Shown here piece after piece: positions 30,415-39,830 of a stretch of DNA of 64,000 nucleotides (position 1 is its first letter; the number at the start of each line of letters is the position of its first letter). The position numbers and the translations under genes are program-made. Source of the DNA: Gammaproteobacteria bacterium (lineage in GTDB: Bacteria; Pseudomonadota; Gammaproteobacteria; JABABF01); assembly GCA_965237805.1 (NCBI GenBank), contig OZ250153.1, positions 1,333,816 to 1,397,815 on the forward strand, given 5' to 3'. Below the pieces are notes generated by a model that saw only the letters and a list, made by a program, of their open reading frames with translations, was not told the origin of the DNA and searched no databases.

Positions 30415-30966
30415 TCAGTCGGGCAACTGACCGCCAAAGGAGACCCATATGCGATCCAAGCTCAAGCCAGTGGAGGTTGCGACAGCACATAATTTGTCCA
30501 GTTCATGGAGTTGGTGGCGGCCTAGTTTGCACCAACAACGTTGCACTTCGGACTCTTCTTTTTCGCTGAGCAGCTCGATGCGGCCACGCGGCTTCGGCGA
30601 TAGGCCAAGCGATTTGAGCCTGTCTCTGAATTGTTCTCGGGACATGCCTGTGAAGGCTTCCAGCAAGGCATGGCGGGCACCGAGGCGCAACGACTCGTCG
30701 ATCTGTTGTGCGTTGTGGTTGCGCTCGTGCATCAATTTGACGAGCTGGCGCAACACCTCGTTGTCGATGGTCGCAACCGGGCGGCGGTTCTCAATGCCGA
30801 GGCTCTCGCTACTTTGATGCCGCAGTTGCCATACCAGCTCCATGTCGGCGCAGATGTCGTTGACGGCGCGGTCATGCGCTGTAGCAAGCCAGCTGAGGAT
30901 GAGGCGGTTAAATTGCTGTATTTGCAGTTGAGTGTTGTTCATGAGTGGGCCCTCCTTGGCGCACAT
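30415..30966 (-). CDS. Hypothetical protein co-oriented upstream of pilL (possibly a DUF2857-like ICE-associated regulator).
   Basis: 183-aa ORF, alpha-helical; likely start MNNTQLQIQQF. No recognisable catalytic motif. Assignment by position only. Confidence 0.35.
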   Translation of the reverse strand: MCAKEGPLMNNTQLQIQQFNRLILSWLATAHDRAVNDICADMELVWQLRHQSSESLGIENRRPVATIDNEVLRQLVKLMHERNHNAQQIDESLRLGARHALLEAFTGMSREQFRDRLKSLGLSPKPRGRIELLSEKEESEVQRCWCKLGRHQLHELDKLCAVATSTGLSLDRIWVSFGGQLPD

Positions 30967-31136
30967 AAGCTGTCTGCAACATCAGCGCAATGCATGGGGA
31001 CATTGCTGGCATCGCTTTAAGCTTTGCCCCGATTAAAGCAGATTTGCCAGTAAATTTCAAGAGCTCGCAAAGACCGGCCGAGGGTGAGCAATCCGCACAC
31101 TGGAACCACTGGTTTAGCGCAGTTGGCAATGCCGGA

Positions 31137-32597
31137 CTATTGGTGATTCCGCACATGCTCTCCGTTGGAAATGTTGCTGATGACGGTGGCCTGCCGGTGG
31201 CGCTTCGACGGAGGCCAAGTGGTGCGTGCAATTCGGCTGCCGCGCAAGCTGCTCATATATAAGGTGTCGTTACGCGTCACCACGATATGTGTCACTGCGC
31301 CCATCGGTGGGCCGCGATGCCGCATCATGGTCTCCAGTGGCTCCAAAGTTTCTGGGTCGAGCACTTCCAAGCTGAATTTGGTGGCGCAGGGATCGGCATT
31401 GCTGAGCCCATAGCACAGCTGTTGCTCTAAAACAGAGGCATCCCAGTTGATGACTATCAGGTCGCCCCGAGGTGACCAATTGAGCCCCCATGGGCGATCC
31501 AACTCCTGCTCGGCAAGTAATTTGCCACTGGGCAAGCTGTGCCGACGCACCACAGCGGCACCGATGCCGATCTGGGTGGTATAGACGGAGCGGCTATCCC
31601 AAGACACCAACACTCCGATCGGCAGTGCGTAACTGACAGCACTCGACAAAACGCGTAGCCGCTGACCTCGTTGCCAGACGACAACGCGCCCGATCTCAAT
31701 ATTCCGCGTACGGATGAGGTGAGCCAATTTGTTCGGTGCGATATCGACCGGATGGCTTTGGGTCGCCACAAAGCCACTCCCATTGGGCAGCGCGATGGCC
31801 TGGCTGATCACCATATTGGGCATTGAGACACAGCCGCGCCATGTCAGCTGCGGGAAGCTGGCCTTATCCCATGACAATTCCATGAAATTCACTGATCCGC
31901 CTGTGTGGCGGTTATTCGCAGTCGCCAGCACCTGCCACCCTCCGGCGGGTAGTCGAGAGATATTTGTGTGATGCACGTGCAAGTCGTGGGTGGTGGGCGC
32001 TGAGCAGCCGGGATCGCCCCAGCCTTTTTGGGGTGCGAATATCGGATTAATTTGCCGCACTTCGTCGGTTTCCATATCTAGAGTCAACAGTCTGGCGACC
32101 CTCTCCTGACCCGGCTCGTCCGGGGTGATGTCGCTGATCAATAGGTAGCGGTTCCCGGGGATGGCAGAGAGATGACGCGGATTCGCCAAGCCGCCTCCGC
32201 ATATCGGTTCAATGCCATCGACGGGATCGCAGTGTTCAAGCGGGCGCAGGCCCCAGTAGGTTGACCAGTCGTGGGTGCCACCCCATACCCATGTCAATGC
32301 CGAAGGAGTCTCTTCGCCGACACCGCCAGCCAACGTTTCATAGGTGTTGTGCTGTATGCTCAACATGCGCTCACTGACGCTGTTTGGCACCCATGGCACT
32401 ATGTCACTCATATTGCGCCAAGGCACCAGATAGATCGTGACAGCCAACGCGCCAGCCAACAGCGCTATGGGGGCTGCGATCTGCCCCGCCACTTCGCCCG
32501 TGCGTAGTGCCATCCGGCGGCATATGGCTTTGATTCTAGGATCCAAAACGGTAACCATCTGCCACGTGGGGGGCGTGTCCGCCCATGTGCGGCGCAA
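31137..32597 (-). CDS. Membrane-anchored hypothetical protein (N-terminal TM plus large periplasmic/extracellular domain).
   Basis: 486-aa ORF. TM IAAPIALLAGALAVTIYLV; W/G-rich repeats suggest a beta-rich fold. Co-oriented with the pil cluster. Confidence 0.45.
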   Translation of the reverse strand: MRRTWADTPPTWQMVTVLDPRIKAICRRMALRTGEVAGQIAAPIALLAGALAVTIYLVPWRNMSDIVPWVPNSVSERMLSIQHNTYETLAGGVGEETPSALTWVWGGTHDWSTYWGLRPLEHCDPVDGIEPICGGGLANPRHLSAIPGNRYLLISDITPDEPGQERVARLLTLDMETDEVRQINPIFAPQKGWGDPGCSAPTTHDLHVHHTNISRLPAGGWQVLATANNRHTGGSVNFMELSWDKASFPQLTWRGCVSMPNMVISQAIALPNGSGFVATQSHPVDIAPNKLAHLIRTRNIEIGRVVVWQRGQRLRVLSSAVSYALPIGVLVSWDSRSVYTTQIGIGAAVVRRHSLPSGKLLAEQELDRPWGLNWSPRGDLIVINWDASVLEQQLCYGLSNADPCATKFSLEVLDPETLEPLETMMRHRGPPMGAVTHIVVTRNDTLYMSSLRGSRIARTTWPPSKRHRQATVISNISNGEHVRNHQ

Positions 32598-32786
32598 ATA
32601 TTGTCACGGCTTTATTCATTATTGATATGGGTTTATTGGCAGAACTTCAGGACTGCTGATAGTTATAATGCCATACTTTTCGCAACTGCGTATTACTGCT
32701 GGGAGACATATAATGAAACGCTGTTGCTACTGCAAGCCCTCGCTTTGCGCATGGGACGGTGAGTAGTCAAGGGCCTGAGGACCGCC

Positions 32787-33788
32787 ATGGCTGATGACGG
32801 GACAGTTTTGGGAGATCGCTTCGGTCGCCGTATTTCCTATCTGCGCGTGTCGGTCACCGACCGTTGCGATTTACGTTGTGTTTATTGCATGACGGAGAAG
32901 ATGCGCTTCCTGCCGCGGGCACAGTTGCTGAGTCTGGAGGAACTGCGGGATGTTGCGGCCGCTTTCGTGTCTTTGGGAGTGGTCAAATTACGTATCACCG
33001 GTGGCGAGCCTTTGGTGCGTCATGGGGTGTTGGGCTTGCTGCATCAGCTGGGAGAGTTGCCGGGGCTTGGTGAGTTGGTGTTGACCACCAATGGCACGCG
33101 TTTGGCACAGTGTGCGGTGGAACTGCGCGCTGCTGGTGTGCGCCGTGTCAACATCAGTCTCGACAGTTTGCGTGCCGACCGCTTCCGAAAATTGACCCGC
33201 TACGGGGAGCTTGGATCTGTGCTGGGTGGCGTTGATGCTGCGCTGGCTGCTGGTTTCGAGCGGGTCAAATTGAACAGCGTCATCCTGCGTGGGCGTAATG
33301 ACGACGAAGTGTTGGATCTGGTTGATTTTGCTCGTGTCCGGGGCTGCGACATCAGTTTTATCGAAGAGATGCCGCTGGGGGAGATCAGCGATCACGACCG
33401 CGCCCTTTCCTTCTGCCCCAGCGCCGAGCTCCGGGCAAAGATCGAGCGCCGTTACCCGCTGAGCGTTTCGACTGAATCCAGCGGTGGCCCCGCCCGTTAC
33501 TATCGCATGGGCGATAGTGCGACCCGCATCGGCTTCATTTCTCCGCACAGTGAAAATTTCTGCGCCAGCTGCAACCGGGTGCGGCTGATGCCAGACGGTC
33601 GACTATTGCTTTGTCTGGGGCACGAGCATTCGGTGGATTTGCGTGTGGTGGTGCGCCGTTATCCCGGTGACAGCGACCGGTTGTGTGAAGCGATTTGCGC
33701 GGCCATGGCGCTGAAGCCAGAGCGCCATGATTTCCGCCTCGACGAAGCACCGACACTATTGCGCTTCATGAATGCTAGCGGCGGCTAG
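32787..33788 (+). CDS. moaA: GTP 3',8-cyclase MoaA (radical SAM).
   Basis: RISYLRVSVTDRCDLRCVYCM radical-SAM CxxxCxxC; C-terminal cluster CASCNRVRLMPDG. Confidence 0.95.
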   Translation: MADDGTVLGDRFGRRISYLRVSVTDRCDLRCVYCMTEKMRFLPRAQLLSLEELRDVAAAFVSLGVVKLRITGGEPLVRHGVLGLLHQLGELPGLGELVLTTNGTRLAQCAVELRAAGVRRVNISLDSLRADRFRKLTRYGELGSVLGGVDAALAAGFERVKLNSVILRGRNDDEVLDLVDFARVRGCDISFIEEMPLGEISDHDRALSFCPSAELRAKIERRYPLSVSTESSGGPARYYRMGDSATRIGFISPHSENFCASCNRVRLMPDGRLLLCLGHEHSVDLRVVVRRYPGDSDRLCEAICAAMALKPERHDFRLDEAPTLLRFMNASGG

Positions 33789-33798
33789 CGCCCGCACA

Positions 33799-34269
33799 TC
33801 ATCTGCCCCTGCGCGGCAACTGACGGCGTTCACGTTGCCATTCGCGCTCTTTGATCGCCACGCGCTTGTCGTGCTCGGCTTTGCCGCGCACCAGCGCCAG
33901 TTCGCATTTCACCAAGTGTCGCTTCCAGTAGAGGCGCAGGCAGATGCAGCTGTGGCCGCGCTGCCGCAGCGTACGCTGTAGCACTTCGATCTCGCGTCGC
34001 GACAGCAACAGTTTGCGACGGCGGTCGGTCTCTTCAGGAGAGGCGCTCGCACCGCTAAGTGGCTCAATGCGAGTGCCGATCAGCCAGACTTCTCCCCGGT
34101 GTACCACGGCATAGCCATCGGTGATCTGTGCCCGTCCGGCACGCAAGCTCTTGACTTCCCAGCCACGCAGAGCCAAGCCAGCTTCAAAGCGTGTGTCTAG
34201 GTGGTAATCGTGTCGTGCGCGACGGTTGACGGCGATGGCGGCGCGGGATGCCGCGCGGCGAGACTTCAC
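33799..34269 (-). CDS. smpB: SsrA-binding protein SmpB.
   Basis: AIAVNRRARHDYHL ... GWEVKSLRAGRAQI ... KIKEREWQ-like C-terminus matches the SmpB family. The ORF-track version (to 34356) would run through tRNA-Gly, so a GTG start ~34269 is proposed. Confidence 0.85.
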   Translation of the reverse strand: MKSRRAASRAAIAVNRRARHDYHLDTRFEAGLALRGWEVKSLRAGRAQITDGYAVVHRGEVWLIGTRIEPLSGASASPEETDRRRKLLLSRREIEVLQRTLRQRGHSCICLRLYWKRHLVKCELALVRGKAEHDKRVAIKEREWQRERRQLPRRGR

Positions 34270-34307
34270 TGTGCTGTGGCGGGACTCCGGCAGATTGGCG
34301 GCCACGG

Positions 34308-34378
34308 AGCGGGTGGGGGGAATCGAACCCCCACCGTCAGCGTGGGAGGCTGACATTCTGCCATTGAACTACACCCGC
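34308..34378 (-). tRNA. tRNA-Gly (anticodon CCC).
   Basis: Minus-strand GCGGGTGTAGTTCAATGGCAGAATGTCAGCCTCCCACGCTGACGGTGGGGGTTCGATTCCCCCCACCCGCT. Short D-loop, CCC anticodon loop, T-arm GGTTCGATTCC. Confidence 0.8.
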
Positions 34379-34420
34379 CTACCGCGCATTTGCAATCCCT
34401 GATATTGTAGTCTAGATCTA

Positions 34421-35074
34421 TTGTCATCAAGCTTTTGGGGATGTCGGACCATGGCGACAGCGACCATGCCACAGTGGGTGGTGGAGCCGCCTTGGCCTGC
34501 AGCGCAGAGGGCTCATGCTGTCCTTGGCTTGTCCATGGTTCCGCCATTTCCAGATCACTCTGGGCTGGCGGTGTTCGGCATGGGTTGCTTCTGGGGTGCT
34601 GAGCGCCAATTCTGGCAATTGCCCGGTGTTGTATCGACGGCGGTTGGCTACGCTGGAGGGCATACGCCACAGCCGGATTACCACGAGATCTGCACTGGCA
34701 CCAGCGGCCACGCCGAGGTGGTACTGGTGGTATACGATCCGCAACGCATCCATTACGAGGCGTTGTTGCAGGCGTTTTGGGAGGGACACGATCCCACCCA
34801 AGGCATGCGCCAAGGCAACGACATCGGCAGCCAGTATCGCTCGATCATTTTGTGTGACGACAGCGAGCAGCAGCTGCTGGCCTCAGCCGCCTGCGAGCGC
34901 TATCAAGCACCGTTGCGGACGGCTGGCCACGGGGAGATAACTACGGAGATCGTCCCGGCGATGCCTTTCCATTACGCCGAGCTTTACCATCAGCAGTACC
35001 TGTCCAAAAATCCTGGTGGCTATTGCGGTTTAGGGGGTGCCGGGGTGTCCTGCCCGGAGCCCGTCGCTCATTGA
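34421..35074 (+). CDS. msrA: Peptide methionine sulfoxide reductase MsrA.
   Basis: GMGCFWGAE active-site motif; length ~200 aa. Confidence 0.9.
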   Translation: MSSSFWGCRTMATATMPQWVVEPPWPAAQRAHAVLGLSMVPPFPDHSGLAVFGMGCFWGAERQFWQLPGVVSTAVGYAGGHTPQPDYHEICTGTSGHAEVVLVVYDPQRIHYEALLQAFWEGHDPTQGMRQGNDIGSQYRSIILCDDSEQQLLASAACERYQAPLRTAGHGEITTEIVPAMPFHYAELYHQQYLSKNPGGYCGLGGAGVSCPEPVAH

Positions 35075-36066
35075 GCCTCTCCCCGCTCGCTCAGGCTTTG
35101 CTCCAGCAGCTCGCCGATGGCCGCTGCCATTCGGGTGGTGCGCTGGGGAAAAGCCTCGGAGTCAGTCGCACCGCCGTGTGGAAGCAGGCGCAGCGCCTGC
35201 GCCGATTGGGGCTGCCGTTGGCAGGGCGCAGAGGGCAGGGCTACCACCTGTCGGGCGGAATTGAGCTGCTCGACCAGCAGCGTATCGTCGCCCAGCTGGC
35301 ACCGGTCACGAGGCAGCGTTTGTCGCGCTTGGAGCTGTTATCGGTGGTGGATTCCACCAATCTGCGTGCCCAGCAACGCGCCGACCAAGGGCTCGGCAGC
35401 GGCTATGTCTGCCTGGCCGAATGCCAAACAGCGGGTCGCGGTCGTCTTGGCCGGTCTTGGTTTAGTCCCTACGGTGCCAGCCTCTATGTCTCCTTTCTGC
35501 AACGCTTTGACAGCGGGGTTGGCAGTGTGGGGGGCTTGAGTTTGGCGGTGGCGGTGGCGGTGGTTGAGGTTCTGGAGCGCCTCTGCGCGCCGCTTCAATT
35601 GCAGTTCAAATGGCCCAATGATGTGCTGTGGCGGGGGCGCAAACTGGCTGGTGTCCTGCTGGAGTGGAGCGGTGATCCCAGCGGCGCTGGCCAGCTCGTC
35701 ACCGGCATCGGTGTCAATGTCGCTCTGCCAGTGGCGCAGGCGGATACCGCCATCGACCAAGCGTGGACGGATTTGGCGACGATAGCAGGGAGCCGTCCCT
35801 CGCGCAATGCCCTCGCCGCCGCGTTGTTGGATTCGGTGTTGGCGCTATTTGCCGACTATGGTCGATCCGGCTTTGCCGCTTGGCGTGAGCGTTGGCAGGA
35901 GAAGGATGCGTCGTTCGGGCAGGCGGTGGTATTGCGGCGTGGTCACGAGGAATTGCATGGCATTGCCGAGGGCGTCGATGAGGAAGGCGCACTGTGGTTG
36001 CGCGTCGGCAGCGAGCGCCGACGCCTCGTTGGTGGCGAGCTGTCGTTACGCATAGCCCCGCCGTGA
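35023..36066 (+). CDS. birA: Bifunctional biotin ligase/biotin operon repressor BirA (start probably ~35060).
   Basis: N-terminal [37 protein letters not shown]. Ligase motif [20 protein letters not shown]. Confidence 0.85.
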   Translation: MRFRGCRGVLPGARRSLSLSPLAQALLQQLADGRCHSGGALGKSLGVSRTAVWKQAQRLRRLGLPLAGRRGQGYHLSGGIELLDQQRIVAQLAPVTRQRLSRLELLSVVDSTNLRAQQRADQGLGSGYVCLAECQTAGRGRLGRSWFSPYGASLYVSFLQRFDSGVGSVGGLSLAVAVAVVEVLERLCAPLQLQFKWPNDVLWRGRKLAGVLLEWSGDPSGAGQLVTGIGVNVALPVAQADTAIDQAWTDLATIAGSRPSRNALAAALLDSVLALFADYGRSGFAAWRERWQEKDASFGQAVVLRRGHEELHGIAEGVDEEGALWLRVGSERRRLVGGELSLRIAPP

Positions 36067-36812
36067 TCTTGGAGCTGGATCAAGGCAACAGCCGCCTCAA
36101 GTGGCGGCTGTTGCCGAGCGCTGGAACGGTGTCTGCGCACAGCGGTGCCGTACTCGGGCACGGTGCTGCGGCACTACATTCCTTGGTCGCTCAGCTGCCG
36201 CCAGCTGTGGCTGCCGAGCTGCGCCGTGTGCGGCTCAGCTGCGTCGGTGGTGCGGAGCGCGAGCGGCAGCTGTTGGGAGCCTGCCGTGAGCATTGGCGCG
36301 TGGAGCCGGAGGTGGCGCGCGTGCGGTCGGAATGGGATGGTCTGCGCTGTGCCTACCAACGGATCAGCACTTTTGGCAGTGACCGTTGGTTGGCGCTGTT
36401 GGCGGCGCGGCGCGTCCAACTCGGCGGTCTGTGTGTGGTGGATGCCGGCAGTGCGCTAACCGTCGATTTGGTCTGCGCAGATGGCCGCCACTTGGGCGGT
36501 TATATCCTCGCTGGGCAGCGGGCCTTGCGTGCGGCCTTGGCGGGCAGCACAGCTGGCTTGCCATCTCATCTGCCGTCGGTACCAGCTGTCGTAGCGGGCA
36601 CGAACACGGAGGACGGCATCGCCGCCGGGGTGTTGGGCGCGATGGTAGGCTTGGTAAGCCACGCCATGCGGGCGGCGGCACCAGCACTTGGCGCACCGCC
36701 CGCACTGTTGCTCACCGGTGGCGACGGTGACTGGCTACGGCCACATTTACCGTCCAGTGCCCGCTATCTGCCGCAGCTCGTGCTCGATGGCCTCGCTGTG
36801 GCGCTACCCTGA
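36063..36812 (+). CDS. coaX: Type III pantothenate kinase CoaX.
   Basis: GTG start overlapping the birA stop (GTGA). [14 protein letters not shown] (acetate/sugar kinase fold) ... GTNTEDGIAAGVLGAMVGLV matches the CoaX family. Classical birA-coaX pairing. Confidence 0.8.
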   Translation: MILELDQGNSRLKWRLLPSAGTVSAHSGAVLGHGAAALHSLVAQLPPAVAAELRRVRLSCVGGAERERQLLGACREHWRVEPEVARVRSEWDGLRCAYQRISTFGSDRWLALLAARRVQLGGLCVVDAGSALTVDLVCADGRHLGGYILAGQRALRAALAGSTAGLPSHLPSVPAVVAGTNTEDGIAAGVLGAMVGLVSHAMRAAAPALGAPPALLLTGGDGDWLRPHLPSSARYLPQLVLDGLAVALP

Positions 36813-37053
36813 GCTCGGGCTACCGCAGCGCCGCCAGCTGACCCCGCCCATGCCGACGACATGCCGGAAGTCAGAATCGAACTGACAACCTGTGCATTAC
36901 AAATGCACTGCCTGTCGCAGCTCGTGCTCGATGGCCTCGCTGTGGCGCTACCCTGAGCTCGGGCTACCGCAGCGCCGCCAGCTGACCCCGCCCATGCCGA
37001 CGACATGCCGGAAGTCAGAATCGAACTGACAACCTGTGCATTACAAATGCACT
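36768..37053. repeat. 143-bp tandem direct duplication (2 copies; 1 mismatch near the junction). Covers the last ~45 nt of coaX, a spacer, and the 3' half of tRNA-Thr.
   Basis: ...cgcagctcgtgctcgatggcctcgctgtggcgctaccctgagctcgggctaccgcagcgccgccagctgaccccgcccatgccgacgacatgccggaagtcagaatcgaactgacaacctgtgcattacaaatgcactgc occurs at ~36768-36910 and again at ~36911-37053. The first copy ends in a truncated tRNA fragment (36862-36911). Confidence 0.85.
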
Positions 37054-37078
37054 GCTCTGCCAATTGAGCTATTCCGGC
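37006..37078 (-). tRNA. tRNA-Thr (anticodon TGT).
   Basis: Minus-strand GCCGGAATAGCTCAATTGGCAGAGCAGTGCATTTGTAATGCACAGGTTGTCAGTTCGATTCTGACTTCCGGCA. Acceptor stem GCCGGAA/TTCCGGC; anticodon loop TTTGTAA. Confidence 0.85.
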
Positions 37079-37157
37079 GCAGTGGTGAGCATTGGCGGGG
37101 TGAGCGTTCAAATTGTAGCAAGTCTGCCGTTGCGCTTTCCCTTAGACTAGCCATCTG

Positions 37158-38174
37158 ATGAAAGCATTGGCACAGCCAGAGTACGGCGAGAATCGATCGC
37201 AGCAGGACTGCGGTACACCGGCTTGGCTGGCGACCGATCTGGCCGCGACCGAGCGCTTGTTGATGGAGCAGCTGCAGTCGGCGGCACCCTTGGTATCAGA
37301 GGCGGGTGGGCAGCTGATCAAAGCGGGGGGTAAACGGCTTCGCCCGCGGCTGTCACTGCTCAGCGCCCATGCCTGTGGCTATGCTGGCACCTGTCATATC
37401 CAATTGGCGACAGTGACTGAATTGCTACACAGCGCCACCTTGTTGCACGACGATGTGGTGGATGCTGCCCACTGTCGCCGCGGCCTGCCCAGCGTCAATG
37501 CAACATGGGGCGACCCAGCGGGGGTGCTGGTTGGTGATTTCCTCTATTCCCGCGCCCTGCAGTTGCTGGTGTGCGTCGACTCGCCGCCAGCGCTGCGTGT
37601 GCTGTCAGACGCCATGCATTTGCTGGCCGAGGGCGAAGTGATTCAGCTATCCGGTTGTCATGATGCCTCGCAGTTCTCCGAACAGCGCTATTTGCAGGTG
37701 ATTGAGAGAAAAACGGCGGCGCTGTTTGCCGCCACCGCCCACGCGGGCGCCCTGTTGGCCGAGGTGTCGGCGGATACGGCACAGTGCTTCCATCGCTTTG
37801 GGCATCATTTGGGGTTGGCCTTCCAGATCACCGACGATGTGCTGGACTATCGCGGCGAGGAAGCCGTGGTTGGCAAGCCTTGTGGCTCTGATTTTGCCGC
37901 TGGCAAGGTGACGCTACCGCTAATTTTGGCGTTGCGTAGCGCGTCCAGCGCTGTTGGCGAGATGCTGCGCGATGCGCTGACGCGCCGCGCTACAGACGCA
38001 GTGCAGGATGTAGCCATCGCCTTGGTGCGGGAGACCGGTGGTGCCGAGGAAGCGTTGGATTGCGCTCGCCGCTACCAAGCTGATGCGCTGGCTGCTCTGG
38101 ATGGGGTGCCGATTTCCCGAGCGACGCAGCCGCTACGCGAATTGGCAGAACAAGCTGTGACCCGCAATCGTTGA
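37158..38174 (+). CDS. ispB: Polyprenyl diphosphate synthase (octaprenyl-diphosphate synthase-like).
   Basis: First DDxxD LLHDDVVD and second FQITDDVLDY aspartate-rich motifs. Confidence 0.85.
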   Translation: MKALAQPEYGENRSQQDCGTPAWLATDLAATERLLMEQLQSAAPLVSEAGGQLIKAGGKRLRPRLSLLSAHACGYAGTCHIQLATVTELLHSATLLHDDVVDAAHCRRGLPSVNATWGDPAGVLVGDFLYSRALQLLVCVDSPPALRVLSDAMHLLAEGEVIQLSGCHDASQFSEQRYLQVIERKTAALFAATAHAGALLAEVSADTAQCFHRFGHHLGLAFQITDDVLDYRGEEAVVGKPCGSDFAAGKVTLPLILALRSASSAVGEMLRDALTRRATDAVQDVAIALVRETGGAEEALDCARRYQADALAALDGVPISRATQPLRELAEQAVTRNR

Positions 38175-39811
38175 CGATGACCCCTGACTCGGTGCAAGCG
38201 TGCTGGGAGACCCTGCAACGACACCGGGAAGCGCTGCGCTCGGTCGATTTCCGCAGCCTTCCGACCGCCCGGCGCGGGGCGGGGGCGCAGCTGTGGAAAG
38301 TGGCTGGCTTGGGAGTGGATCTATCCCACCAGCTGACGACGGAACAGACTTGGCCACTGCTTGAGCAGTTGGCTCGTGACACCGGTGTCGAGCGAGCGTT
38401 GTCGGCGCTGTTTGCTGGTGAGATAGTCAATCATAGCGAGCGGACCCCCGCGCTGCATTGGCTAGCGCGTGCCAGCCGAGCACCGACAGGGCTGAGCGAG
38501 GAGTGGCGTGCATTGCAGTTGCTACGCGAGCGCGTCGAGGCCATCGCCCAGCGCTTGCATGGCGGCGAGTGGCGCGGTCACAGTGATGAGCCGATCCGCG
38601 ATGTTGTACAGCTAGGCATCGGTGGTTCGCGTCTCGCTCCAGAATTGTTGGTGCAGGCGTTGGCACCGGCGGCGGCACCTTGCCGCTGCCATTTCCTGTC
38701 CAGTCTCGACGACACGGCTTGGCACCAGCTGCGGGGAGAGCTGGATCCGGCGCGAACCCTATTCGTGCTTGTCTCGCGTTCCTTTGAGACCGAGGAAACC
38801 CTGTGTAATATCGATCGGGCGCGCGCTTGGCTGCGCGCTTCCGGTTGCCCGCAGCAGCGACTCCGGTGCCATTTCGTGGCAATCACTGCGAGCTCGGAAC
38901 AGTTGTCTGCAGCGGACTATGTCGAGGAACTGCTGGTGATGCCACCGTCGCTGGGTGGGCGCTATTCGCTATGGTCGGCACCGTCTCTGGTGCTGGCACT
39001 CAGCGCGGGGCCGGAGTCGCTGCGCAGCCTGTTGGCTGGGGCTGAGGCGATGGACGAGCATGTGCGCTCGGCAGCTCCGATGGCATCGTTGCCAGTGTTG
39101 CTCGGCTTACTGGACACTTGGTATGCCAGCTGCTGGCATATGCCCGCTCTGGTGGTTGTGCCATATGCCCACGCCTTGCGCGGTTTGCCCGCACATCTGC
39201 AACAATTAATGTTGGAGAGCAATGGCAAATCGGTGGCGGCCGATGGTGCGCCGATAGTGCGGCACACCATGCCCAGTGTATGGGGCGATATCGGCACTGA
39301 AAGTCAGCATTCCTTCCACCAGTTTCTGCATCAGGGCACGGCAGCTGTGATGGTGGATCTATTGCTGGTCGGAAGTGGCGGTCCCTCCGTCGAGTCCAAC
39401 CGCTGTCTGTGGTCCAACGCCTTGGCGCAACTGGCAATGCTGCGTGGCGGGCAGGATCTCCATGCCGCTGAGGCGCTACTGCTGGAGGGTGGCATCAGCG
39501 CTGCTGACAGCCACCGTTTGGCACCCCACCTCGTCTCGGCTGGTGCGCGGCCAGTGACCCCCATCGTGTTGGAACGCATGGATGCCTTTTGCCTCGGGGC
39601 GTTGCTGGCGCTTTACGAATACCGAGTCTATGTTGCTGCTGCGGTATGGCAGATCAATCCCTTCGACCAATGGGGTGTGGAGCGGGGTAAATGGCTGGGT
39701 AACAGCTTGCGGGCGACGCTGGCTGGTGAGGCACCGCTCGGTGAAGAAGCGTTGCGACCACTGGCAGATTATTTTGCCGAATTGACTGATGGCGAGCGGG
39801 GCGCACCTTAG
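38171..39811 (+). CDS. pgi: Glucose-6-phosphate isomerase.
   Basis: 546 aa; PGI signatures including GGRYSLWSA. Confidence 0.9.
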   Translation: MTMTPDSVQACWETLQRHREALRSVDFRSLPTARRGAGAQLWKVAGLGVDLSHQLTTEQTWPLLEQLARDTGVERALSALFAGEIVNHSERTPALHWLARASRAPTGLSEEWRALQLLRERVEAIAQRLHGGEWRGHSDEPIRDVVQLGIGGSRLAPELLVQALAPAAAPCRCHFLSSLDDTAWHQLRGELDPARTLFVLVSRSFETEETLCNIDRARAWLRASGCPQQRLRCHFVAITASSEQLSAADYVEELLVMPPSLGGRYSLWSAPSLVLALSAGPESLRSLLAGAEAMDEHVRSAAPMASLPVLLGLLDTWYASCWHMPALVVVPYAHALRGLPAHLQQLMLESNGKSVAADGAPIVRHTMPSVWGDIGTESQHSFHQFLHQGTAAVMVDLLLVGSGGPSVESNRCLWSNALAQLAMLRGGQDLHAAEALLLEGGISAADSHRLAPHLVSAGARPVTPIVLERMDAFCLGALLALYEYRVYVAAAVWQINPFDQWGVERGKWLGNSLRATLAGEAPLGEEALRPLADYFAELTDGERGAP

Positions 39812-39830
39812 CTTGGTGAGCACACCGGGC

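Noticed and set aside
34266-34813. Minus ORFs 34266..34670 and 34427..34813 overlapping tRNA-Gly and antisense to msrA.
   Set aside because: They overlap a well-formed tRNA and the conserved msrA gene. No motifs.
36764-37111. 115-aa minus ORF with an internally duplicated peptide (SILTSGMSSAWAGSAGGAAVARAQGSATARPSSTSC x2).
   Set aside because: Artefact of translating the 143-bp tandem duplication and the tRNA-Thr gene on the antisense strand.
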